Below are positions 1 to 8,808 of a DNA stretch of 16,670 nt, one piece after another. The position numbers and the translations under genes were made by a program. How positions within the stretch are numbered: position 1 is the first letter of the stretch; each line of letters opens with the position of its first letter. Source of the stretch: Myxococcales bacterium. Lineage in GTDB: Bacteria; Myxococcota; Myxococcia; Myxococcales; Anaeromyxobacteraceae. The notes beneath the pieces were generated by a model that searched no databases, had not been told where the DNA came from, and worked only from the letters and a program-made list of their open reading frames with translations. The stretch is from NCBI GenBank assembly GCA_038320275.1, contig JBBQEB010000080.1, positions 1 to 16,670 of the forward strand, read 5' to 3'.

Positions 1-974
1 GTCTCGTCCCGCGCGGTCGCGCCGACGAGGAGATGCAGCCCCGGGGCGAGTGGCAGGCCGTAGCGGGCGACGAGCCCCGCGCGGCGGTCGTCCTGCCCGT
101 CGCGAGGGGTGAGGTGGTAGGGGGAGCCAGGGAGGTCGCGCGAGCCGCCGGAGAGCTGGACCACCGCGTCGAGGCGGCCCGGCCCGAGCCGGGCGAAGCC
201 CTTCGCCAGTGCACCTGCGGTGAAGGCAGCATCGTGCGTGCGCACGCGCTCCTCGGGGGCGCCACCCACCGCGAGGGTGGGGTCGAACAGGTAGGTGAAG
301 TCGCCGCGGGTGGTGTCCGCCGCCACCGAGCCCAGGAGCCCCCATCGCTCGCCACCGACCGCGCCCTCGGCCGAGCCGTCGAAGGTGCTGAACGAGCCCG
401 CGCTCGCCTCCGCCGCCCAGGTGCCCCCGGGGCTCGCGCGGGTGACGATGTTCACCACCCCGCCCATCGCGCCGGGCCCGTAGAGCGCCCCCTCGCTTCC
501 GCGCACAACCTCCAGGCTGCCGATCCAGGCGCGTGGGATGCGCGAGAGGTCGACCCCACCGCCCGCGGCCCCGTGCAGGGGAAGGCCGTCGAGGTAAACC
601 TGCACCTGGTCGGAGGTGGAGCCGCGGATGGAGACGGTGGCGAGCTGGCCCAACCCGCCGAACCCGTTCACCGCGACGCCCGGCGCCGTGGAGACGAGCT
701 CCGCCACGCCCTTCGCCTCCCCGGCGTAGCGGCTTGCATCGATCACCGTGGCGGCGGCGGTGGAGTCACCAGCCGCCTCCGCGCGCGGCAGGTGGACGAC
801 GATGGGCTCCTCGGTCGAGGTGGGAACCTCTCCCTCGTCGGCGCCCAACGCGCGCGAGCTCGCCGGCGCCGCGATCGCGGACAGGAGGACGAGCGCAAGG
901 CCCGCGCGATGGCGATGGACAGGTCTCAGAGCACGCGCGTCTCCTTCGGACGCGGGCCATCGGCCGCGCACCAT
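1..974 (-). CDS. TonB-dependent outer-membrane receptor, probably cobalamin (BtuB-like); 5' part only, continues beyond position 1
   Basis: Not in the ORF track (no stop in window). Manual translation gives a signal-peptide-like RHRAGLALVLLSAIAAPASSRA and plug-domain motifs APGVAVNGFGGLGQLATVSIRGSTSDQVQVYLDGLPL and LEVVRGSEGALYGPGAMGGVVNIVT. Lies directly downstream of a B12 riboswitch. Start uncertain (ATG 974 or CTG 929). Confidence 0.88.
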   Translation of the reverse strand, partial: MVRGRWPASEGDARALRPVHRHRAGLALVLLSAIAAPASSRALGADEGEVPTSTEEPIVVHLPRAEAAGDSTAAATVIDASRYAGEAKGVAELVSTAPGVAVNGFGGLGQLATVSIRGSTSDQVQVYLDGLPLHGAAGGGVDLSRIPRAWIGSLEVVRGSEGALYGPGAMGGVVNIVTRASPGGTWAAEASAGSFSTFDGSAEGAVGGERWGLLGSVAADTTRGDFTYLFDPTLAVGGAPEERVRTHDAAFTAGALAKGFARLGPGRLDAVVQLSGGSRDLPGSPYHLTPRDGQDDRRAGLVARYGLPLAPGLHLLVGATARDE

Positions 975-979
975 GCGCG

Positions 980-1180
980 GCCACGCTCCGAAGAGAGGTC
1001 TCCTGGCTCCCGGGGAGCGGCAGCTTCGCCGCGGTGCCTGCCGCCTTCCCAGCCCGCGCTCGCGGGCCAGTGGCGACGATCTGCAGGCACCTTCCCCGGC
1101 TACAGTGGCGGGACCGCGCCGGATTCGGCGCTCGACCTCGAGCGCGTGGACCGGCTTCCCTGTTCCTCGGAGCGGTGGTT
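980..1180 (-). promoter_or_regulatory. Cobalamin (B12) riboswitch
   Basis: Minus strand reads AACAGGGAAGCCGGT...GAATCCGGCGCGGTCCCGCCACTGTA...GCCACTGG...CTGGGAAGGC...GAGCCAGGAGACCT (B12 box) in canonical order; 5' CGCTCCGA pairs with 3' TCGGAGCG as closing helix. Confidence 0.93.
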
Positions 1181-1188
1181 CAGCCCGG

Positions 1189-1218
1189 TTCGTAACGCGC
1201 GAGGTGGAGGCGCGTCAA
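1189..1218 (-). promoter_or_regulatory. Putative sigma70-type promoter for riboswitch/receptor transcript
   Basis: Minus strand TTGACG (1218-1213), 18 nt, TACGAA (1194-1189), ending just upstream of the riboswitch; -10 imperfect. Confidence 0.45.
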
Positions 1219-1227
1219 GACATGGCG

Positions 1228-1257
1228 GGCCCGCCCTCCGCGGCGGGAGAGCGGGCC
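1228..1257 (-). terminator. GC-rich stem-loop downstream of comEA-like gene (terminator-like, no U tract)
   Basis: Minus strand GGCCCGCTCTCC-cgccgc-GGAGGGCGGGCC, 12-bp stem with one G-U pair. Confidence 0.45.
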
Positions 1258-1284
1258 TCGAGCACTGCGGAAGCGAGGTGCAGC

Positions 1285-1608
1285 CTACTTGCGTGCGACC
1301 GGCTTGGGGGCGGCCGGAGCTGCCGAGGCCGTGCCGAGCGCGAGATGCGCGCGGTTCTTCTCGATCCAGGACGGCGAGACGCCCTTCACCACGAGGAGAT
1401 CCTCCAGGCTGCGGAACGGCGTCCGTACGCGCTGGGCGACCATGGCCTCCGCCTTCTTCCGCCCCACGCCGGGCAGCCGCATGAGCTGCACCACCGGCGC
1501 CCGGTTCACGTCGATGCGCTCCCCGGACGGGAGCGCCTTCTTGGCGGCGAGGGCGGGGGCCGCACCGAGGAGCGCGGCGAGGACGAGGAGCGTGCGCGCG
1601 GTCTTCAC
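1285..1608 (-). CDS. comEA: ComEA-family helix-hairpin-helix DNA-binding protein with signal peptide (107 aa)
   Basis: GTG start after GGAGG; MKTARTLLVLAALLGAAPALA signal peptide; IDVNRAPVVQLMRLPGVGRKKAEAMV...PFRSLEDLLVVKGVS matches the ComEA (HhH)2 pattern. The ORF-track extension to 1911 is probably spurious. Confidence 0.85.
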   Translation of the reverse strand: MKTARTLLVLAALLGAAPALAAKKALPSGERIDVNRAPVVQLMRLPGVGRKKAEAMVAQRVRTPFRSLEDLLVVKGVSPSWIEKNRAHLALGTASAAPAAPKPVARK

Positions 1609-1859
1609 GGCATCACCTCCGCGGCGGCCGTCGCCTGCGCCGCGCCGTTGGCGGGACGGACCTCGTCCCAGGTCTTCGCCTCGCGGATCTGGAGGCGGTT
1701 CGTGCCGATGGGGACCGCGTCCAGCACGAGCGTCGTGCTGCCGTCGCGGTTGGCCCAGGCCGCCCCCACCTTCAACCAGTAGGCGGGGCGGTCCTTGCGC
1801 TCGAGGATGGCGTACACGGCGAGGGGCTTCTTGCCCCCGCCGTTGGGGATGTCGTTCAT
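1605..1859 (-). CDS. Small conserved hypothetical protein (84 aa), possible ssDNA-binding protein
   Basis: GGAGAAGCC-ATG start; globular core LAVYAILERKDRPAYWLKVGAAWANRDGSTTLVLDAVPIGTNRLQIRE; stop overlaps comEA start (GTGA). C-terminal part of track ORF 1605..2372. Confidence 0.8.
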   Translation of the reverse strand: MNDIPNGGGKKPLAVYAILERKDRPAYWLKVGAAWANRDGSTTLVLDAVPIGTNRLQIREAKTWDEVRPANGAAQATAAAEVMP

Positions 1860-1906
1860 GGCTTCTCCGTGGGTGAATGGCCGCACCTGCGGCCAGCCCG
1901 GGAGAG

Positions 1907-1922
1907 AGCAACGGGCGTGCCC
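1907..1922 (-). promoter_or_regulatory. sigma54 (RpoN) -24/-12 promoter
   Basis: Minus strand GGGCACG-CCCG-TTGCT versus consensus TGGCACG-N4-TTGCW; exact spacing, one mismatch, 47 nt upstream of the ATG at 1859. Confidence 0.75.
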
Positions 1923-1970
1923 TGCCGCCGCATCGGGCGGGCGCCCCCTCGGACCACCTCGATGAGGCTG

Positions 1971-2010
1971 CTCGCCGGACCGGGGGGCGCGCCGCGGTCC
2001 GGTCGGCGAG
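1971..2010 (-). terminator. Stem-loop right after the DUF3467-like gene
   Basis: Inverted repeat CTCGCC-GGACCG...CGGTCC-ggtc-GGCGAG; no U tract. Confidence 0.4.
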
Positions 2011-2011
2011 A

Positions 2012-2323
2012 TCAGTTCACGTCGGGCCGCGGGAAGTGAGGCGCGTTGCCGAGATCCACCGGCCCGAAGCGCGCCTCGTACTGGGCGAGGTTGTCCTGCA
2101 GCGCGTGGAGGAGGCGCTTCAGGTGCTTGGGGGTGGTGATGATGCGCGAGCGGACCACCGCCTTGGGCGCCTGAGGCTGCACATAGATGAGGTCGAGGGT
2201 GAACTCGGTCTCGCTGTGGTTCACCATGGCCAGGTTCACGAAGGCGCCGTTGGCGGTGACGGGATCGATCTCGATCTGGAGCGGCACCGCGCCGGGAGGA
2301 GGGGTCGTCGGCTTGTCGGACAT
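2012..2323 (-). CDS. DUF3467-like protein (103 aa)
   Basis: NGAFVNLAMVNHSETEFTLDL...VRSRIITTPKHLKRLLHALQDNLAQYEARFG matches the family pattern from memory; alternative starts at 2335/2347. Confidence 0.82.
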   Translation of the reverse strand: MSDKPTTPPPGAVPLQIEIDPVTANGAFVNLAMVNHSETEFTLDLIYVQPQAPKAVVRSRIITTPKHLKRLLHALQDNLAQYEARFGPVDLGNAPHFPRPDVN

Positions 2324-2428
2324 GCGGCGGAGCATGGGCCAAAGCACGGTCGGGGAGAAGCTGCGCCCGCACTTTCAGGCCCGGATGGGAAGTGCCCCCG
2401 CACCGTCTCCCCGGGTAGACGGACAGGC

Positions 2429-3238
2429 GTGACCCGAGCGGCCGTCCTCCAAGCGAACGCGGCCCCTCCCGCGGGCGTGGCGGACGCGTTCAGCCTGCCC
2501 GGCGGTCCCGACGCCGCGCTCCTCCTGCACGGGCTCACCGGCTCGCCCTTCGAGCTGCGCCCCGTGGCGGACAGGCTCCACGCGGGCGGGCTGCGCTGCG
2601 TGGCGCCGGTGATGGCGGGCCACGGCGGCGCGCCCTCGGCGCTGCGCGGCATGTCCTGGACGCGATGGGTGGACGAGGCGAGGGGCCACCTCGATGCGCT
2701 CGCCGGTGCCCGGAGAGTTCTGGTGGTCGGATGCTCCATGGGCGCACTCGTCGCCTGCGCGCTCGCGCACGACGCGCCGGAGAGGGTTTCGGCCCTGGCC
2801 CTGCTCGCCCCGGCGCTGCGGCTGGGGGGATTGGCGCGGCTGGCGGGGCTCCTCGCGGCTCCGCCCGCGCTGCGCCGCTTCCTCCCCACGGTGCCCAAGC
2901 TCGCCGGCTCCGACGTCCGCGACCCCGAGATGCGCCGCCTGAACCCCACCATGCGCGGCGTGCCGCTCGCCGCCGTGGGGGAGCTGCGGGAGCTCGCCGC
3001 GCACGTCGACCGCATCCTCCCGCAGATTCATGCGCCCGCCCTGGTGGTGGCCGGCGCGCGGGATCACACGGTGAGCCTGTCCGGCGCCCGGCGGCTGGCG
3101 CGGCGCCTGGGGGGAACGGCGCGGCTGGTGGTGCTGCCGGAGAGCTTTCACCTCGTCGGCATCGACGTGGAGCGAGACCGCTGCGCGGCCGAGGTGGCCG
3201 CGTTCTTCGACAACCTGCCCGCCGCTGCGCGGGCCTGA
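2429..3238 (+). CDS. Alpha/beta hydrolase (carboxylesterase / monoacylglycerol lipase-like)
   Basis: LLHGLTGSPFEL oxyanion region, GHG, nucleophile elbow GCSMG, Asp in RDHTV, His in SFHLV. Start GTG 2429 or GTG 2477. Confidence 0.88.
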   Translation: MTRAAVLQANAAPPAGVADAFSLPGGPDAALLLHGLTGSPFELRPVADRLHAGGLRCVAPVMAGHGGAPSALRGMSWTRWVDEARGHLDALAGARRVLVVGCSMGALVACALAHDAPERVSALALLAPALRLGGLARLAGLLAAPPALRRFLPTVPKLAGSDVRDPEMRRLNPTMRGVPLAAVGELRELAAHVDRILPQIHAPALVVAGARDHTVSLSGARRLARRLGGTARLVVLPESFHLVGIDVERDRCAAEVAAFFDNLPAAARA

Positions 3239-3253
3239 CGAAAGGGACATCCT

Positions 3254-4744
<1,491 letters not shown>

Positions 4745-4764
4745 CAGCGGTCTCCGCGACGGGG

Positions 4765-6159
4765 TCAGAACAGCTGCTCGAGCGCGTCGGCCACCGTGTC
4801 GATGCCGACCACCTCGAGCCCGCTCGGCACCTCGGCGTGGCGCGCGTTGCCGGACGGGACGAGCGCGCGCGTGAACCCCAGCCGCGCCGCCTCGGCGAGC
4901 CGGGCGTCAGCCTGCGCCACGGCCCGCACCTCGCCCGCGAGACCCACTTCTCCCAGCACCAGCGTCCGCGCCTCCAGCGCGCGGTCGCGAAAGCTGGAGG
5001 CCAGCGCGGCCACGCAGGCGAGGTCGGCTGCCGGGTCGTCGAGGTTGAGCCCGCCGGCGACGTTGAGGAAGAGATCGCAGCCCAGGATCTCCATCCCAAC
5101 CTTCTTCTCCAGCACGGCCGCGAGCAGGGCCACGCGGTTCGGGTCGACGCCCAGGGCGGTGCGGCGTGGGGTCCCGAAGCTGGTCGGCGAGACCAGCGCC
5201 TGGATCTCGACGAGCAGCGTGCGCGTGCCCGAGAGCGCCGCGGTCACCGCGCTGCCGGGGGCGTCGATCGGACGCTCCGAAAGAAACAGGGCCGACGGGT
5301 TCTGCACCTCGGCGAGGCCGCGCGACTTCATCTCGAAGACGCCGATCTCGCTCGCCGAGCCGAAGCGATTCTTGTGCGCGCGGAGCAGCCGGTAGGGGTG
5401 CGCTCCACCGCCCTCGAAATAGAGCACGGTGTCCACCATGTGCTCGAGCACGCGCGGCCCGGCGATGCTCCCGTCCTTTGTGACGTGGCCGACGAGGAAC
5501 ACCGGGGTCTCGGTGGTCTTGGCGTAGGCCATGAAGCGAGCGGACGCCTCCCGGATCTGCGAGACGGTGCCCGGCGCGCTCTGCAGCTCCGGAAGGTACT
5601 GGGTCTGGATGGAGTCCACCGCCAGGGCCGCGGGCTCGAGCTGCTGGGCAGCCTGGAGCACCTTGTGGACGTCGGTCTCGGCGAAGACGTGGAGGTTCGC
5701 GGCGTTCACGCCCAGGCGGTCGGCCCGGAGCTTCACCTGTCGGGACGACTCCTCGCCGGAGACGTAGAGCACCGGACGATCGCCCGCGGCGCGGGCCAGT
5801 CGCTCCATGACCGCGAGCAGAAGAGTGCTCTTGCCGATCCCGGGATCGCCGCCCAGGAGCACGAGGGACCCCGGGACGACCCCGCCACCCAGCACGCGGT
5901 CGAGCTCGCCGATGCCGGTGCGGACCCGTGACTCCTCGCTCCCGGTGACCTCGTGCAGGGGAATGGGCCGGCCGTCGCGCCCGGCCGTTTTGAAACCTGC
6001 GCGCGCGGGACCGCTCCGGGGCTCCGGCGCGAGCACCTCCTCGTGCATGGTGTTCCAGCCGCGGCAGGAGGGGCATTGGCCCAGCCACTTGGGCGAGGCG
6101 TGCCCGCATCCAGTGCAGGCGAATACCGTACGGGTCTTGGCGGCGGCGAGCTTGGGCAC
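4765..6159 (-). CDS. radA: DNA repair protein RadA/Sms
   Basis: C4 zinc finger CTGC...WLGQCPSC, Walker A GDPGIGKST, KNRFG motif, C-terminal Lon-like domain (GEVGLAGEVRAV). Confidence 0.97.
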   Translation of the reverse strand: MPKLAAAKTRTVFACTGCGHASPKWLGQCPSCRGWNTMHEEVLAPEPRSGPARAGFKTAGRDGRPIPLHEVTGSEESRVRTGIGELDRVLGGGVVPGSLVLLGGDPGIGKSTLLLAVMERLARAAGDRPVLYVSGEESSRQVKLRADRLGVNAANLHVFAETDVHKVLQAAQQLEPAALAVDSIQTQYLPELQSAPGTVSQIREASARFMAYAKTTETPVFLVGHVTKDGSIAGPRVLEHMVDTVLYFEGGGAHPYRLLRAHKNRFGSASEIGVFEMKSRGLAEVQNPSALFLSERPIDAPGSAVTAALSGTRTLLVEIQALVSPTSFGTPRRTALGVDPNRVALLAAVLEKKVGMEILGCDLFLNVAGGLNLDDPAADLACVAALASSFRDRALEARTLVLGEVGLAGEVRAVAQADARLAEAARLGFTRALVPSGNARHAEVPSGLEVVGIDTVADALEQLF

Positions 6160-6210
6160 CTGAACATCCTGTCACCCTGGTCTGACGGTCGGTCGGCGTT
6201 GGGAATTGGG

Positions 6211-6242
6211 TTGTCAACCTGCCATCCGCCGATGGTTGACGA
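6211..6242. promoter_or_regulatory. BirA (biotin repressor) operator
   Basis: TTGTCAACC-N14-GGTTGACGA inverted repeat matching the known BirA box form, 29 nt upstream of bioB. Confidence 0.85.
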
Positions 6243-6264
6243 CTGCTTCGCCGCCCCGTACGGT
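6236..6264 (+). promoter_or_regulatory. sigma70-type promoter of bioB operon
   Basis: TTGACG (6236-6241), 17 nt, TACGGT (6259-6264); -35 lies inside the BirA right half-site. Confidence 0.65.
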
Positions 6265-6271
6265 ACCCTCC

Positions 6272-7369
6272 ATGTGCGTCGAGAATTGCAGCGCCCCGCG
6301 TCCCTTGCCGCCCGGGATCGAGCCCATCTCCTCGGAGGAGGCGCGCCACCTCATCGGCCTGCGCTCCGGGCCCGAATACGACGCCCTGCTGGCGCGCGCG
6401 CGGGCGGTGCGCGAAGCGGTGCACGGGACGGGCGTGTCGCTCTGCGGCATCGTGAACGCCAAGAGCGGCCACTGCCCGGAGGACTGCGGCTTCTGCCAGC
6501 AGTCGGCGCACTTCGAGGGTACCGGCGCGCCCGAGTATCCGATGATGACCGCGCGCGAGATCGCCGATCAGGCGAAGGCGGCCGAGGCCGCCGGAGCCCG
6601 CGAATTCTCCATCGTGACGAGCGGCACGCGCGTGTCGCGCGAGGCGGAGCTCCGCACGCTGGAGGAGGCGGTGAAGCTCATTCGCGAGGAGACCACCGTC
6701 GAGCCGTGCGCCTCGCTGGGCCTCATGCGCAAGCCCGAGCTGGAGCGACTCAAGAAGGCCGGGCTGCAGCACTACCACCACAACCTCGAGACCTCCCGCT
6801 CGCACTTCGACGAGGTCTGCACCACCCACACCTACGACGAGCAGCTGGACACCATCCGCGCCGCCAAGGAGCTGGGCTACCAGCTGTGCACCGGCGGCAT
6901 CCTGGGCATGGGAGAGACCCCCGAGCAGCGGGTGGAGCTCGCCGAGACGCTGCGCGAGGTGGGCACGCACTGCGTCCCGATGAACTTCCTCAACCCGCGC
7001 CCCGGCACGCGCATGGAAGGGCTTCGCGCCATCACCGCGGAGGAGTGCCTGGCCGCCGTCGCGGTCTTCCGGCTCATGCTTCCCCACGCGCACATCTTCG
7101 TGATGGGTGGGCGCGAGGTGAACCTGGGAAAGGACCAGGCGCGCATCTTCGACGCTGGCGCGGACGGCACCATGGTGGGCAACTACCTGACCAGCGCGGG
7201 AACGCAGCCGCACGAGGTGGTGGAGATGGTGCGCGAGAAGGGCTACGCGCTCCGCCCGACGCCCGACGCCGCCCGCTGGGCGTACACGGGCGAGGCGCCC
7301 TCGGGCGAGGCGGCGTGGAACCGCCGCGCCGCGGAGGGCGATCACAAGCGACTGCCGGTCGTGCGTTGA
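6272..7369 (+). CDS. bioB: Biotin synthase (radical SAM), 365 aa
   Basis: [19 protein letters not shown] (CxxxCxxC), [36 protein letters not shown]; BirA box upstream and bioF downstream. Confidence 0.96.
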   Translation: MCVENCSAPRPLPPGIEPISSEEARHLIGLRSGPEYDALLARARAVREAVHGTGVSLCGIVNAKSGHCPEDCGFCQQSAHFEGTGAPEYPMMTAREIADQAKAAEAAGAREFSIVTSGTRVSREAELRTLEEAVKLIREETTVEPCASLGLMRKPELERLKKAGLQHYHHNLETSRSHFDEVCTTHTYDEQLDTIRAAKELGYQLCTGGILGMGETPEQRVELAETLREVGTHCVPMNFLNPRPGTRMEGLRAITAEECLAAVAVFRLMLPHAHIFVMGGREVNLGKDQARIFDAGADGTMVGNYLTSAGTQPHEVVEMVREKGYALRPTPDAARWAYTGEAPSGEAAWNRRAAEGDHKRLPVVR

Positions 7370-8541
7370 CCGCCCGCGCGCTGGGCTGGCTGGAGGAAGA
7401 GCTCGGCAGGCTCTCGGCGCAGGGACTTCGCCGGACACTGGAGCCGCTCGATGGAGCGCAGGGCCCCGTCATCCGGGTGGCGGGCCTCCCTCTGGTGAAC
7501 CTCTGCTCCAACGACTACCTCGGGCTGGCAGCCGATCCGCGGCTCGTCGAGGGAGCGGTGGTGGCGGCGCGCGCAGAGGGCGCAGGTGCCGGGGCGGCCC
7601 GGCTCATCGCGGGCGATCTCCCGGTCCACGGCGTGCTCGAGCGGAGGCTCGCCTCCTTCAAGGGCGCGGAATCGGCGCTGCTCTTCTCCTCCGGCTACCA
7701 CGCCAACCTGGGCGTCATCCCGGCGCTGGTGAACCGCGAGGACGACATCTTCTCCGATCGGCTGAACCACGCCTCCATCGTCGACGGCTGCAGGCTCTCC
7801 CGGGCGCGCACGGTACGCTACGCGCACTGCGACCTGGACGCACTGTCGCACCACCTCGGCGCCTCCACGGCCCGCCGGAAGCTCGTCGTCACCGATGCCG
7901 TGTTCGGGATGGACGGGGACGCCGCTCCCCTCGCCGGCATCGTCGAGCTCTGCCGGCAGCACGGCGCGATGCTCTACGTGGACGAGGCGCACGCCACCGG
8001 CATCCTGGGCAAGACCGGCGCCGGGTGGGCGGAGGCGCAGGGCGTGGCCGGAGAGATCGACGCGCTGATGGGGACGCTGGGGAAGGCGCTGGGGAGCTTC
8101 GGGGCCTTCGTCGCCGGCTCGCGCGCCCTCTCCGACTGGCTCACCTCCCGCGCCCGGACCTTCATCTTCACCACGGCGCTTCCGCCGGCGGCCTGCGGGG
8201 CCGCGCTGGCCGCGCTCGAGGTGGTGGCCCGCGAGCCGGAGCGCCGCGCCAGGCTCGCGGCGCTCACCGCCAGGATGAAGGACGGCCTGGCAGCGATCGG
8301 CTTCGACATGAGCCGGGTCGTCGCGCCCATCTTCCCGGTCGTGCTGGGCGGGGAGCAGAGGGCGCTCGAGGCCTCGCGCAGGCTGCGCGCGCGCGGTTTC
8401 TTCGCGCGCGCCATCCGGCCGCCCACCGTTCCGCCAGGCACGAGCCGTCTTCGGGTGTCGCTCACGGCGGCGCACGACGCGGAAGCCGTGGATGGCTTCT
8501 TGGCCGCACTACGGGAGGTCCTGACGGAGCTGCCGGCTTAA
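7366..8541 (+). CDS. bioF: 8-amino-7-oxononanoate synthase
   Basis: [41 protein letters not shown] (PLP lysine), [18 protein letters not shown] start overlaps bioB stop (TTGA). C-terminal part of track ORF 5953..8541. Confidence 0.95.
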   Translation: MTARALGWLEEELGRLSAQGLRRTLEPLDGAQGPVIRVAGLPLVNLCSNDYLGLAADPRLVEGAVVAARAEGAGAGAARLIAGDLPVHGVLERRLASFKGAESALLFSSGYHANLGVIPALVNREDDIFSDRLNHASIVDGCRLSRARTVRYAHCDLDALSHHLGASTARRKLVVTDAVFGMDGDAAPLAGIVELCRQHGAMLYVDEAHATGILGKTGAGWAEAQGVAGEIDALMGTLGKALGSFGAFVAGSRALSDWLTSRARTFIFTTALPPAACGAALAALEVVAREPERRARLAALTARMKDGLAAIGFDMSRVVAPIFPVVLGGEQRALEASRRLRARGFFARAIRPPTVPPGTSRLRVSLTAAHDAEAVDGFLAALREVLTELPA

Positions 8542-8550
8542 GCGAAGGTC

Positions 8551-8778
8551 ATGGACGCCCTCAGCTCCGTGGGCCGGACCCTCCTCATCGTCGGCTCGGT
8601 GCTGGTCGGGCTCGGCTTGATCGTGCTTCTGGCCGGCCGGTTCCCGGGGCTGCGCATCGGCCGTCTGCCGGGCGACCTTCGCTTCACGCGGGGGAACTTC
8701 AGCGTGTACGTGCCCCTCGCGACCTCGATCGCCCTCAGCGTCCTCCTGTCGCTGGTGTTCTGGCTCTTCCGGCGGTGA
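8551..8778 (+). CDS. DUF2905-like small membrane protein
   Basis: Two hydrophobic segments flanking GRLPGD...FSVYVPLATSIALS; AAGG before ATG; 9 nt after bioF. Confidence 0.85.
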   Translation: MDALSSVGRTLLIVGSVLVGLGLIVLLAGRFPGLRIGRLPGDLRFTRGNFSVYVPLATSIALSVLLSLVFWLFRR

Positions 8779-8808
8779 ACGCCGGGCGGGCGCCGGAAGG
8801 GGGCGGCT

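Noticed and set aside
33..1484. 483-aa + strand ORF and other long overlapping ORFs (2665..5931, 4907..7438, 12063..14579, 13117..14898 etc.)
   Set aside because: Arg/Gly/Ala/Pro-rich shadow frames expected at very high GC; they overlap well-supported genes and show no motifs.
2429..3238. Alpha/beta hydrolase as BioH
   Set aside because: About 3 kb from bioB, outside the BirA-controlled unit, and lacks BioH-type HGWG/GWSLGG motifs.
5953..8541. 862-aa ORF suggesting a large BioF fusion or overlapping gene
   Set aside because: Only the last 391 aa resemble BioF, which has a TTG overlapping the bioB stop; the rest is an alternative frame of bioB/radA.
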